DNA of 63,038 nt, the filler included, from a bacterium (GTDB lineage Bacteria; JALSQH01): the NCBI GenBank assembly GCA_026985515.1. It is 5 parts of 5 records of this genome, joined end to end, with 100 filler letters (N's around TTAATTAATTAA, not from the genome) between each part and the next. Parts side by side here need not be neighbours in the genome. Positions count along the whole stretch, not along the records: positions 23,378 to 46,564 come from JALSQH010000255.1; 4 more parts are not named here. The stretch is one strand, 5' to 3'. Positions 29,938 to 39,938 of this stretch are shown piece after piece. The position numbers and the translations under genes are program-made. How positions within the stretch are numbered: position 1 is the first letter of the stretch; each line of letters starts with the position of its first letter. Below the pieces are notes generated by a model. That model ran no database searches. It was not told the DNA's origin and saw nothing but the letters and a program-made list of their open reading frames with translations.

Positions 29938-30905
29938 GTGAACCCCGCTCCAAATGAAGCCATTATTACAAGATCCCCATCCTTTATCTTTCCCTCCTGC
30001 AGTGCCTCAGTCAGGGCTATGGGAATGGTGGCGGCAGTGGTATTTCCATATTTGTGAATGTTGTTGTACATCTTCTCATCAGGTATGCCCATCTTCCTCG
30101 CAACCATCTGATTGATCCTGAGATTGGCCTGATGGGGAATTACCATGCCTATATCCTCCACAGTATACCCATTAAATTCAAGAGCCTCATTTATAACCTC
30201 AACCATCCTCTTTACAGCATGTTTGAAAACGAACTGTCCGTCCATATAAGGATAGTGACCTCCATTATCAAGAATCTTATGAGTAATCCTTGGAATGCGC
30301 TTGCTTGACGGCCATTCAGTCCATAGTTTATCAAAGTATTTCCCCTCAGCATGAAGATGAGTCGAAAGAATACCTTTATTTTTCTCCTCAGTGGCTGTAA
30401 GAATAACTGCACCCGCCCCATCACCAAAAAGGACCGTTACATCTCTTCCCCCTGTGGAGAAATCAAGTCCTGTAGAATGCACCTCAGCACCAACCACAAG
30501 GACATTTTTGTACTGGCCCACCCTTATGGCATTATCAGCCACCATGAGAGAATAGAGAAATCCGGTACATTGATCCCTTATATCAATGGCTCCCACATTC
30601 CTTGCTCCAATGTAATGCTGCAGCAGGACGCCTGATCCGGGCAAGGCATAATCTGGAGAAAGTGTTGCAAAGACAATGAAATCAATATCTTCAGGCTTCA
30701 TTCCCGCCGATTGGAGTGCCCTTTTTGAAGCTTCATAGGCAAGATCAGCAGCACCCACTCCATCTTCAACATAGTGTCTTTCTTTAATTCCTGTCCTCTG
30801 CTGAATCCACTCATCAGAGGTATCCATCAACTTCTCAAGATCATGATTGGTAACAACTCTGGGAGGTACATAAAAACCGGTACCCACTATTTTTGACCTG
30901 TACAT
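29910..30905 (-). CDS. fabH: Beta-ketoacyl-ACP synthase III
   Basis: DTSDEWIQQRTGI, QCTGF, FGDGAGA, PHQANLRI, GNTTAA, FGAGFTW; AAGGAG SD before ATG 30905. Confidence 0.93.
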   Translation of the reverse strand: MYRSKIVGTGFYVPPRVVTNHDLEKLMDTSDEWIQQRTGIKERHYVEDGVGAADLAYEASKRALQSAGMKPEDIDFIVFATLSPDYALPGSGVLLQHYIGARNVGAIDIRDQCTGFLYSLMVADNAIRVGQYKNVLVVGAEVHSTGLDFSTGGRDVTVLFGDGAGAVILTATEEKNKGILSTHLHAEGKYFDKLWTEWPSSKRIPRITHKILDNGGHYPYMDGQFVFKHAVKRMVEVINEALEFNGYTVEDIGMVIPHQANLRINQMVARKMGIPDEKMYNNIHKYGNTTAATIPIALTEALQEGKIKDGDLVIMASFGAGFTWASAAMIW

Positions 30906-30945
30906 CTTCTTCTCCTTTCGGGGTTTCCAGTTTAAAATTGTATTA

Positions 30946-31626
30946 CTAATCTCTCCTTTTATCAACTATGATAACAAATTCCCTCTTTCTGTCATGCTCC
31001 CTGAAATAATTGAGGGCATCCTTTACTCTTCCTCTGAAGATAAACTCATTTTCAGTTGTTAAATCACATGCAACAACCACTCTCCTTGCGGGGCCAAAGA
31101 CTCTTTTTATGTCATGAAGAACAGAGATCAGGCGATAAGGTGTATCCATAAAAACAATGGGATACTTGAAGGAGAGAAGTTTTTTAAGAGCCTTTCTCCT
31201 CTCCTCCTTTTTTCTGGGGAGTAATCCATAATAAAAAAATCTCTTAAAATCAATTCCACTCACAACGAGAGCTGCCATCAGTGAGGAAGGACCTGGAACA
31301 GCCGTCACCTCTATTCCCTCTTCAATTGCCCTCTCCACAAATTTCCTCCCCGGGTCTTCAAAAAGGGGGGTACCTGCATCGCTTATGAGAGCAATGGATT
31401 TCCCATTCTTGAGAAATTCTATGAAAACAGGTGTCCTTGCATCCTCATTGTGCTCATTGAGATTATCAATTGGGGTAGGAATACCAAGTGAATTCAAAAG
31501 CTTCCTTCCCTCTTTTAGTTCTTCACACACCACCAGGTCAACACTCTTCAGAACCTTTATTGCTCTGAGAGTAATATCCTCAGGGTTTCCTATAGGGACT
31601 GAGACAATGTAGAGTTTTCCAGCCAT
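30946..31626 (-). CDS. rsmI: 16S rRNA (cytidine1402-2'-O)-methyltransferase
   Basis: LYIVSVPIGNPEDITLRA, ISDAGTP, VPGPSS; start at ATG 31626. Confidence 0.9.
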   Translation of the reverse strand: MAGKLYIVSVPIGNPEDITLRAIKVLKSVDLVVCEELKEGRKLLNSLGIPTPIDNLNEHNEDARTPVFIEFLKNGKSIALISDAGTPLFEDPGRKFVERAIEEGIEVTAVPGPSSLMAALVVSGIDFKRFFYYGLLPRKKEERRKALKKLLSFKYPIVFMDTPYRLISVLHDIKRVFGPARRVVVACDLTTENEFIFRGRVKDALNYFREHDRKREFVIIVDKRRD

Positions 31627-31634
31627 TGCTCTCA

Positions 31635-31684
31635 ATTATAACTTTAAAGCAAAATCTTGCAAAACTGCAACAATAAACTATAAT
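31635..31684. promoter_or_regulatory. Symmetric bidirectional promoter sharing a palindromic -35
   Basis: ATTATA(31635-31640)-N16-TTGCAA(31657-31662)-N16-TATAAT(31679-31684). Confidence 0.7.
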
Positions 31685-31728
31685 TTTAAAGGTGAAGTGC
31701 AATCATCTACATATTTTCGGGGGATTCA

Positions 31729-32535
31729 GTGGAAATTAGAAGTGTCTCAAATGACAGGATAAGATTGCTGAGGAAGGCATATACCCACAGGAAGGTTGCA
31801 AGAGAGGAAAATATTTTTTTCCTGCCAGGGATAAATCTCTTTCGCGAATTTATCGACTCGGGAAGAAATTTCAGATATATCCTCTACGCTCCCTCACGTC
31901 TGATAGAGAAAAATGAGAAATCTCTCCTGCGAAAACTTGAAGAAATGGAAAGGAGTTATACGGAAAAGGTCCTGAAAGTTACCAGGGTGATTCTTGAAAA
32001 ATTTTCACCTGTTGCAGAGGATCAGGGTGTAATGGTGGTTGGCGAGAGGTTTCAATACACTCTGAAGGATATACTTACAAGAAAAAACATTATCTTCCTC
32101 TACGATGTTCAGGATCCAGGCAATGTTGGCACAATCATGAGACTGGCTGAAGGCAACGAGGCTTCACTGATTCTGACTGAAAATTCTGCCTCGCCTTTCA
32201 ATGAAAAGGTTGTCAGGGCAAGTATGGGTAGCATTCTCAGGACACCTTTTTTTGTAGCAGGGAAACCAGAAGAAACACTGGAGTTGTTAAGAAAGGAAAA
32301 TTTCAAACTCATTTCCACCTCAACTGTGGGGGATAAGCCCTTTACAATTTCAACCAGTTTTGAGAAAAGAGCCTTTATACTCGGAAATGAGGGACACGGA
32401 ATTCCGGAAAAAGTAATGAAACTTTCAGATGTGGTGGTAAATATCCCGATGAAAGGCAAAATAAATTCCTACAATGTAGCAATCAGTGCCGCTCTTCTTC
32501 TTTGCCCACTACTTGCAGAGGAGGTAAAGAGTTGA
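31729..32535 (+). CDS. TrmH/SpoU-family RNA methyltransferase
   Basis: VQDPGNVGTIMR, KVVRASMGS, LGNEGHGI, IPMKGKINSYNVAIS. Confidence 0.92.
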   Translation: MEIRSVSNDRIRLLRKAYTHRKVAREENIFFLPGINLFREFIDSGRNFRYILYAPSRLIEKNEKSLLRKLEEMERSYTEKVLKVTRVILEKFSPVAEDQGVMVVGERFQYTLKDILTRKNIIFLYDVQDPGNVGTIMRLAEGNEASLILTENSASPFNEKVVRASMGSILRTPFFVAGKPEETLELLRKENFKLISTSTVGDKPFTISTSFEKRAFILGNEGHGIPEKVMKLSDVVVNIPMKGKINSYNVAISAALLLCPLLAEEVKS

Positions 32536-34265
32536 AGTATCCCGGTTACAGAAAGATAAAAGAAATTCTGGCTGTGGCAAGGGGGGAGAAAAAGGGCGAT
32601 ATCCTTCTTACAAACTGCAGAATTGTGGATTTTTTCAGGGGTGAGATACTGAATTCAGATGTGACAATAAAAAATGGAATAATCGCAGGGACAGGAAAGG
32701 ATTATGAAGGGGAAGAAACACTGGACTGCAAAGGTAAATTTTTGACGCCCGGGTTTATAGATGCCCATATTCACATTGAAAGTTCTCACCTGCTACCCTC
32801 CTTCTTCGGCGCAGAAGCGGCGAAGCATGGCACAACCACAATCATCACCGATCCTCATGAAATAGGAAATGCTCTGGGAAAGAGGGGTATAAAGTTTTTT
32901 ATAAAAAACTCACAACTATCACCCATTGATATTTTCTTTCTCGTTCCATCCTGTGTTCCCGCAATAAAATTGTGGGATATTTACGGGAATGAAATTGGAG
33001 AAGAGGAGATAAGGGAACTTCTTTCCAGCGAAAAGGTTTTAGGACTGGCGGAGATGATGAACTTTCCCGGCGTAATAAACGGTGACCGTGAAGTATGGGG
33101 GAAATTAGCTGCTGCGTGGGAAAGGATAAAAGATGGTCATGCACCCCTCGTATCAGGAAAAGCACTCAATGCATACCTGATTGGAGGAATTGGTTCTGAC
33201 CATGAATCAACCCGGGTAGACGAGGCTCTGGAAAAGATTTCTCGTGGAATGATGGTGATGATCAGAGAAGGTAGTGCCGCCAAAAATCTTGACATTCTTC
33301 CCGGTGTGGTAAACAGGTACAACTTTGACAGAATAAGTCTTGTAAGTGATGACCTCTTACCCACAGAGCTTTTCAGGGAAGGACATATTGACAGGATAAT
33401 GAGGAGGGCCAGAAAAAAGTATAATCTTGACCCCTATCTGCTGATTCGGATGGTAACATTTAACCCTGCCATCTACATGCAGCTTACAGATAGAGGGATT
33501 GTGGCTCCAGGAAAAATCGCCGACCTTGTGATTCTTGAGGATCTCGATGATTTCAGGGTTTCAGTTACCATAAAAAATGGAAAAATAGTCTATGATGCAG
33601 AAAAGGGGTATTTCTATCAGCCACCTAAACCATCCATTCCATCATATGTGGCAAAAAGCGTTAAACTTCCTCTGCTGAGGAAGGAGGATTTTATCTACAG
33701 CTGTGATAAAAATATGGTCAGGGCCATAGAAATAATTCCTGATCAGATCATAACCAGAGAAATAAAAATTGAACCTTCCAGAAAAGATGGGAAGATCGTT
33801 GCTGATCCGGAAAGGGACCTCAACAAAATTGCAGTGATAGACAGATACACCGGGAGGGGAAAAAGAGCCGTTGGACTCGTAAAGGGACTTGGCCTGAAGA
33901 GGGGAGCCATAGCTTCAACATACGCCCACGATACACACAATCTCATAATTTCAGGGGTCAACGATGAGGATATGGCTTTTGCAGGCAACAGAGTAAGGGA
34001 GATGGGTGGAGGCATGGTGGTCGTTGAGAATAAAAGAATTTTAGCAGAGTTTCCCCTCCCCGTTGGAGGGGTTGTTTCAGACCTGCCAGCAGTAAGTGTT
34101 GCAGAAAAAATGGAAAAATTGAATTCAGCAGCGAGGAAACTTGGCACCCACCTTCCTGATCCCTTTGTTACCCTTTCTTTCCTCTCATTGAGCGTTATTC
34201 CTGAATTGAAAATAACCCCTGCAGGACTGGTTAATCTTTCAAAAATGGAGAGGTCAGACTGCTGA
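32532..34265 (+). CDS. ade: Adenine deaminase
   Basis: PGFIDAHIHIESS, DPHEIGN, LAEMMNFPGV, DGHAP, SDHE, REGSAAKNL, AHDTHN; TTG start after GGAGG. Confidence 0.95.
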   Translation: MKYPGYRKIKEILAVARGEKKGDILLTNCRIVDFFRGEILNSDVTIKNGIIAGTGKDYEGEETLDCKGKFLTPGFIDAHIHIESSHLLPSFFGAEAAKHGTTTIITDPHEIGNALGKRGIKFFIKNSQLSPIDIFFLVPSCVPAIKLWDIYGNEIGEEEIRELLSSEKVLGLAEMMNFPGVINGDREVWGKLAAAWERIKDGHAPLVSGKALNAYLIGGIGSDHESTRVDEALEKISRGMMVMIREGSAAKNLDILPGVVNRYNFDRISLVSDDLLPTELFREGHIDRIMRRARKKYNLDPYLLIRMVTFNPAIYMQLTDRGIVAPGKIADLVILEDLDDFRVSVTIKNGKIVYDAEKGYFYQPPKPSIPSYVAKSVKLPLLRKEDFIYSCDKNMVRAIEIIPDQIITREIKIEPSRKDGKIVADPERDLNKIAVIDRYTGRGKRAVGLVKGLGLKRGAIASTYAHDTHNLIISGVNDEDMAFAGNRVREMGGGMVVVENKRILAEFPLPVGGVVSDLPAVSVAEKMEKLNSAARKLGTHLPDPFVTLSFLSLSVIPELKITPAGLVNLSKMERSDC

Positions 34266-34783
34266 TGAGACTTGAAAAGGTAATTGACAGGAAAGAAATT
34301 GAGAAAAGAGTTGCAGAACTGGGAAGAGAAATATCTGAATTTTATGGTGACAGGGAAATAGTTGTGATTGGAATATTAAAAGGGGCTTTCATCTTCATGG
34401 CTGACCTTGTTCGAAACATTTCAATTCCCATGAAGTTAGACTTCGTAAGAGCATCAAGTTACATTGGAGACAGAAGCTCGGGGAGTGTGGAAGTTGTATA
34501 CACACCCTCAATAAGCATAAAAAATGAAGATATTCTCCTCGTAGAGGATATCCTTGACACAGGTCTCACAGCACACGTCATTAAAAATCAACTGATTAAA
34601 TGGGGAGCAAGATCAGTCAAACTGTGTGCCCTGATTGACAGAAAAACCAACCGGAAGGAAATCACCGCTGACTTTCTGGGGTTTGAGCTTGAGGATAGCC
34701 GGTTTCTGGTTGGATACGGCCTTGATGTAAATGAGAAATTCCGGTATCTACCCGATGTTTTTGCAATTGTAAACGAGGATTAA
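34265..34783 (+). CDS. hpt: Hypoxanthine phosphoribosyltransferase
   Basis: GILKGAFIFMADL, LLVEDILDTGLT, FLVGYGLD. Confidence 0.95.
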   Translation: MRLEKVIDRKEIEKRVAELGREISEFYGDREIVVIGILKGAFIFMADLVRNISIPMKLDFVRASSYIGDRSSGSVEVVYTPSISIKNEDILLVEDILDTGLTAHVIKNQLIKWGARSVKLCALIDRKTNRKEITADFLGFELEDSRFLVGYGLDVNEKFRYLPDVFAIVNED

Positions 34784-34910
34784 CACCAAGATCAAGCTCG
34801 TGAAAGTGGTGAACATCTGGAATTGTGGCAAGGAACAGGAGGATGAGAATTAAAAGAAACCTTCTCCACTTCATAATTTCATTAAAACAGACAGGGAAAA
34901 TTTTTTCCAG

Positions 34911-35831
34911 ATGCCTCTTTTAGCAAGAATTTTACTTGAAAAAGGTTTCATTACCAGGGATGACCTTCAGAAGGCTCTTCTCAATCAGATTATTTCAGGT
35001 AAGAGGCTTGGCAGGGTGCTGGTTGAGGAGAAAATCATCTCTGATGTCATGCTCAACAAAGCGCTCAGCATCAGATTTGGAGTTGAACCCATCCCTCCTG
35101 AACTTTACATCAATCCGGTAAGGCCTCTTTTCCCCGAAATAATGGAAGAATACCCTGTGTACCCATGGGAAAGAACCCCACGCTTTTTAAAAACAGCCAT
35201 GCTTGATCCCACCGATAGAAAAACAATGGCAAATATCACATACAAAACTGGATTAATTGTAAAAGCTTATTCCATCCCGGAAGTTACCCTGAGAAAAATA
35301 TACTCAGCATTCGGTATCCCCATCCCAGAGAAAAAATTCTACAGGGAATCAATTCCAGAAAAGATCGAAACAATCCCTGAAGGTAAAAGAAAAATAAGTG
35401 AGGCTAAAAATTCACGGGAAGTACTGGAGGCACTCCTGAAAACTTCGGAGCTTTTTATGAAAAATCCCATTATTCTCATAGTCTTTGGAAACAGGATAGA
35501 AATATTTGGCAAAGAGATTGCGATTCCCCTGGAATCCGATAATGGAATGATCACAACAGTAATTGAGGGCAAAAGCGTCTACATTGGGACCCCGAAAATA
35601 GGGAAACTGGCAAGAAAAGTATTTTCCCTCACAGCCCATGCTGAAATTCCTGATCAGGTATGTCTGATTCCTGTGAGACTGAAAAACAGGGTGGTCAACA
35701 TTATTGCGGGAGGAATCTGGAAAGGAAGAGAGGAGATAATCCCCGAATTTATCGTTATTGCAGATAAGGTGGAAAAAATTTACAACACTTTTCTCCAGAA
35801 AAAATGGGAAAAAATAAAATCCTCTACCTGA
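34911..35831 (+). CDS. Stand-alone MshEN/GspE N-terminal-domain protein (no ATPase)
   Basis: LLARILLEKGFITRDDLQKALLNQ-IISGK-RLGRVLVEE tandem MshEN-like motif, AMLDPTD; no Walker A. Confidence 0.8.
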   Translation: MPLLARILLEKGFITRDDLQKALLNQIISGKRLGRVLVEEKIISDVMLNKALSIRFGVEPIPPELYINPVRPLFPEIMEEYPVYPWERTPRFLKTAMLDPTDRKTMANITYKTGLIVKAYSIPEVTLRKIYSAFGIPIPEKKFYRESIPEKIETIPEGKRKISEAKNSREVLEALLKTSELFMKNPIILIVFGNRIEIFGKEIAIPLESDNGMITTVIEGKSVYIGTPKIGKLARKVFSLTAHAEIPDQVCLIPVRLKNRVVNIIAGGIWKGREEIIPEFIVIADKVEKIYNTFLQKKWEKIKSST

Positions 35832-37726
35832 TAATTCTGCTCACCCTGGTGGGAAGGCATCTGCCCGCTGAAGAAGAAATCTACTTCATCGGAGAAAACC
35901 GTGAAATAGTTACCCTGACACGAACTCCACTGCCTCTGTGGGCAACGCCATCCAGAACAGTAATTATAAAACAATCAGCCATTCAGCAGGAGGGTGCCCT
36001 CAACCTCGCAGACATTCTGTCCCTCCTGCCCACCTTCCAGGTGAAACATGAACCAGATACCATCAACTTTTACTTTCGTGGAATGAAAAATGGTATGCTT
36101 TTGATGATTGATGGAATTCCCATTTATGAAATACCATCACCCCTAAGTTACGAAATTCCCATCTCACCGGTGAAGCAGGTCGAAATAATCTATGGACCAT
36201 TCACATCAATATGGGGTTTCAACGCACCTGGAGGAGTGATAAACATAAACACGAGAGAAGGGCAACTATTCAGCAATGAAAAATTCTACTGCTCAAGTTA
36301 TGGAAGATGCGGAAATTCTCTATCAATGGGCATTAACAAAAAACATGTGCAGATCATCGCTTCCCTGGATGGACACTATGGAAAGGAGATCAACAGACTT
36401 CCAGGCAAATATCCATTGCTTATCAAACCGGGGGGATCACTATCCTCACCGGGTAATATCTTATCAACCAGAACTTTCTCCATTACCGATGCTGATGACT
36501 TTTTTGGATCACTCTTTATAAAAGGCTCCACCCCCTTCCTTTCCGGGGAAATACTGATAAGTGACAGCAGGAGAAATTTTTCCATTTCACCATTCAGCTC
36601 CATGCCTCTTATAAAGAGTGGACATATGGAAAAACCTTTCTCAATTTTCATACTCAGGAAGCAGTTTTATACAGGCAACAATCAGGTAACAGCGAAGTTT
36701 TTTTACAAGAAGGTAAATATAAAAAGCAATACACCGCTTTTCAGACAAACTTCTCTCACCCCTTTTAATGGTGCAATTGTTGACACTGAAAACAGCAGAA
36801 GTACCGGCATAGACATTAACGCAGTTCTTCCTCTCAATAAATTTGCTAATCTCAACCTGGGAATTGTTGAATCATACCAGATAAAAAATTCCTTTGTAAA
36901 TGGTAGCGGTATTCTGACAGGAAAAAGATACAGAATTTTTTCTGAAAGGGAAAGGATCTGGACTCACTCAATTTATGTGCAGGCTTCGACTATATGGAAA
37001 AATATGGCAATGATGGGTGGTTTGAGAATACACAAACAGGGAATTTATCCGGTTGTGTTGAGTCCATTTGCATCAATTGTTTTCAGATATGGAAATTTTT
37101 CATCCAAAACAATGGGGGGAGTTTCATACAGTACGCCGGAAAAGATAGACAAAACTCTTCTCGGAATTTCCCTTGTAAAACAGCAGGTTACAGAGATTGT
37201 TGACTGTGCTAAAAGACCGGAGAAAATTGAAACCATTTCTGAGGATATTCTCTACAGGGAAGGTTTATTTTCAGCAGGCATTTCCCTGTATTACAACAGA
37301 TATCTGGACAGGATAGTAAACAGTATTGAAAATGGATATTTCAGGATATTCAATTCCACCCCGGAACAGTGGTGGGGAGTAACAGTAAATGGTGAAATAA
37401 AGTTGAAAAAAGGGATGCGATTTTCACTGGATGCCGATTACACTTCACGAAAAAATCCTGAAATTTTTCCCCTCAAAATACAGAGCAACCTGAGACTGGA
37501 GAAAGGAAATCTATCGATGAATCTCATCCTTCAGGATTTTCTCTCCACTGGAAAGAACCTCAACTCATGGTTAAGAGGGGAATTTATAGGGAGGGTGAAA
37601 ATCGCAGACAAAATTGATCAGCAAATTATCGTAACAAACATATTTAACTCAGACTATCCTGCTTATAAGGAATCACTTCCTCCTCCAGCCAGGGAGATAA
37701 AATGGATTTTCACATACAGATGGTAA
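35804..37726 (+). CDS. TonB-dependent receptor
   Basis: Plug motifs VTLTRTP, GALNLADIL, LLMIDGIP, QVEIIYGPFTSIWG...GGVININT; terminal aromatic KWIFTYRW. Confidence 0.88.
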   Translation: MGKNKILYLIILLTLVGRHLPAEEEIYFIGENREIVTLTRTPLPLWATPSRTVIIKQSAIQQEGALNLADILSLLPTFQVKHEPDTINFYFRGMKNGMLLMIDGIPIYEIPSPLSYEIPISPVKQVEIIYGPFTSIWGFNAPGGVININTREGQLFSNEKFYCSSYGRCGNSLSMGINKKHVQIIASLDGHYGKEINRLPGKYPLLIKPGGSLSSPGNILSTRTFSITDADDFFGSLFIKGSTPFLSGEILISDSRRNFSISPFSSMPLIKSGHMEKPFSIFILRKQFYTGNNQVTAKFFYKKVNIKSNTPLFRQTSLTPFNGAIVDTENSRSTGIDINAVLPLNKFANLNLGIVESYQIKNSFVNGSGILTGKRYRIFSERERIWTHSIYVQASTIWKNMAMMGGLRIHKQGIYPVVLSPFASIVFRYGNFSSKTMGGVSYSTPEKIDKTLLGISLVKQQVTEIVDCAKRPEKIETISEDILYREGLFSAGISLYYNRYLDRIVNSIENGYFRIFNSTPEQWWGVTVNGEIKLKKGMRFSLDADYTSRKNPEIFPLKIQSNLRLEKGNLSMNLILQDFLSTGKNLNSWLRGEFIGRVKIADKIDQQIIVTNIFNSDYPAYKESLPPPAREIKWIFTYRW

Positions 37727-38571
37727 AAAAGTGCTTTTTTGTAATAACTTTCCTTCTTCTTCCTGTCTCCCCGCTTATCTCTGAACCACTCGTTCTCATA
37801 TCGGCAAAGATAAAACCCTACTTCGAAGTTATTGAGGGTATGGAGAAAGTTCTGGGAAATCATATTCATGTTGAGGCCATAGAGGATGAACCCCAGGATA
37901 TATTCTTATATACACCCTGGATTGCTCTCGGGAAAAAAGCAGTTGATTATTTCATCAGATACGGTAAAGATGAAGAAATTTTCTTCGCTCTGGTGGAAGA
38001 TCCCGAATCAATAAAAACCACCCGGAGTAAAATTTGTGGAATAAGAATAGAACAATCCCCGGAAAGGATAATCAGAGGTCTGAAATTGATAAGGGAGAAA
38101 ATGAAGATAAAGAAATTCTCCCTTTTTTTCACTCCCAACTCACCTGCTTACATAAAAAATGTAGTGAAAACAGCTGAAAAGAGTGGTGTAAATATAGAAG
38201 GGATAGAATTAACTGACCTATCACAACTTCCATTACGTATGGGGATGGTGGAAAATTACTCCGCACTTCTCATCCTGCCAGATCCCTCACTCATTAATCC
38301 CGCCACAGTCACGTTTATTCTCAAGGAATCTGTTAAAAGACATATTGTTGCCATAGGATATAACAGATGGTTCGTTCAGGAGGGAGCACTTTTTGCCATC
38401 CATATTCCATATAGAGAAACAGGTGTGATGCTGGGGAAAATAATAAAAGGCGGATGTTACGGGAAAATTTTTTATCCCCCATCTGAAATAGCGGTGAACT
38501 ATACTCTTGGTAACAGATGGAAAATCAATCCCGATGTGTTGAAAAGTCTTGATGGTTTGAGGTTAAAATGA
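37720..38571 (+). CDS. Periplasmic substrate-binding-fold protein (ABC_sub_bind-like), no cognate permease/ATPase
   Basis: Signal peptide; IALGKKA, ALLILPDPSL, FVQEGALFAI, ETGVMLG, IAVNYTL. Confidence 0.72.
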   Translation: MVKKCFFVITFLLLPVSPLISEPLVLISAKIKPYFEVIEGMEKVLGNHIHVEAIEDEPQDIFLYTPWIALGKKAVDYFIRYGKDEEIFFALVEDPESIKTTRSKICGIRIEQSPERIIRGLKLIREKMKIKKFSLFFTPNSPAYIKNVVKTAEKSGVNIEGIELTDLSQLPLRMGMVENYSALLILPDPSLINPATVTFILKESVKRHIVAIGYNRWFVQEGALFAIHIPYRETGVMLGKIIKGGCYGKIFYPPSEIAVNYTLGNRWKINPDVLKSLDGLRLK

Positions 38572-39938
38572 GATTCAGAACAAAGATTCTTCTTCTTGTG
38601 ACGGGAAGTATTTTTCTTGCAATCATAATAACCTCCTCTCTCATTTATCATGATGTCACAGGTGCACTCTTTTCCCGGTTCAGAAAAAGTGCAGAAGAAA
38701 TCGCCATAAGATTGAGTGATGACCTTTCATATCCACTTTACATAGGAAATTTCGAAGGAATCAGAAGCGTAATTGAGCAGTACATCAAATTCACTCCAAT
38801 CACAGGGGTAACTGTAAACTCCCGTGATGGAAAAATTATGGTGAAGGTGGGTAAAAAGGGGGAACTTACAATTAAAAAAGAGATCTTCTTTAAGGAAGAG
38901 AAAAACCCCTATTTCCTTGGCGAAGATAAAGGATGCTATGTGAAAAACATTGGTGAGGCAACAATTTACTTCTCTGAAAGGGAAATTTCAGCACTCCACC
39001 AGAAAATTTTAAAAAGGTTACTGTATGTTACACTACTTCTTATTCTTTCCCTGGGATTGCTTTCCTACATGGTGACCGACCTGCTTTTGCAACCCATTCA
39101 GATGCTCCGAAAAGGAATGGAGGAAAGCAAGAGGAGCAAGGAACCTATCAAAATAAAAATCTTGAAAAATCAAAAGGATGAGCTGGGGGAACTGCTGAAT
39201 CTCTACAACGAAATGGTGGAAACCCTTCGTGAGACAAGGGAACAACTGCGAAAAACCTATGAGGAACTATCGAGGCAGGAGAAACTTGCCTACCTTGGAA
39301 AAATTTCCGCCACAATAGCCCATGAACTGAAAAATCCCCTCGGGATTATTCACTCATCCGCAGAACTTCTGAGAAGCAAAATCGGTAAAAATGAACTTCT
39401 GGACTTTATCATCAGTGAGACAGAAAGACTGGACAATGTGATAAAGGAATTCATGATGCTGGCAAGAACAAAGGAACCCGAACTCAGAAAAATTAAACTT
39501 TCAGACATTGTTGAAAGAGCTGTCACACTGTGGGAGAGCAGTCACGATGCTGAAGTAGTCAGAAAATGCGAAGATGGAGAAGCACTCATTGATGTGGACC
39601 TCTTTACACATGTAATCACAAACCTTCTTACCAATGCCTACGAGGCAAAAAGTGAGGAGCGGGAGCTGAAAATAGAAATAGAATGCAAAAAAGAAGAGGA
39701 TCATGTAAAATTAATTGTCAGAGATAACGGTAAAGGTATTGAAGAGGAAACAATTGAAAGGATTTTTGAACCCTTTTTCACCACTAAAGAAACAGGAACC
39801 GGGATGGGGCTTGCAATTGTTTATGACATTGTTAAGAAACATCGGGGAAATGTTTTTGTAAGGAGTGAAAAAAACAGGGGGACTGAGGTTACAATCATCC
39901 TTCCAGGTGTCACCGATGAAAAAAGTCCTGGTAGTTGA
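38568..39938 (+). CDS. HAMP-domain sensor histidine kinase
   Basis: Two TM segments, DELGEL HAMP, AHELKNPL H-box, NLLTNA, DNGKGI, FEPFFTTK, GTGMGL. Confidence 0.95.
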   Translation: MRFRTKILLLVTGSIFLAIIITSSLIYHDVTGALFSRFRKSAEEIAIRLSDDLSYPLYIGNFEGIRSVIEQYIKFTPITGVTVNSRDGKIMVKVGKKGELTIKKEIFFKEEKNPYFLGEDKGCYVKNIGEATIYFSEREISALHQKILKRLLYVTLLLILSLGLLSYMVTDLLLQPIQMLRKGMEESKRSKEPIKIKILKNQKDELGELLNLYNEMVETLRETREQLRKTYEELSRQEKLAYLGKISATIAHELKNPLGIIHSSAELLRSKIGKNELLDFIISETERLDNVIKEFMMLARTKEPELRKIKLSDIVERAVTLWESSHDAEVVRKCEDGEALIDVDLFTHVITNLLTNAYEAKSEERELKIEIECKKEEDHVKLIVRDNGKGIEEETIERIFEPFFTTKETGTGMGLAIVYDIVKKHRGNVFVRSEKNRGTEVTIILPGVTDEKSPGS

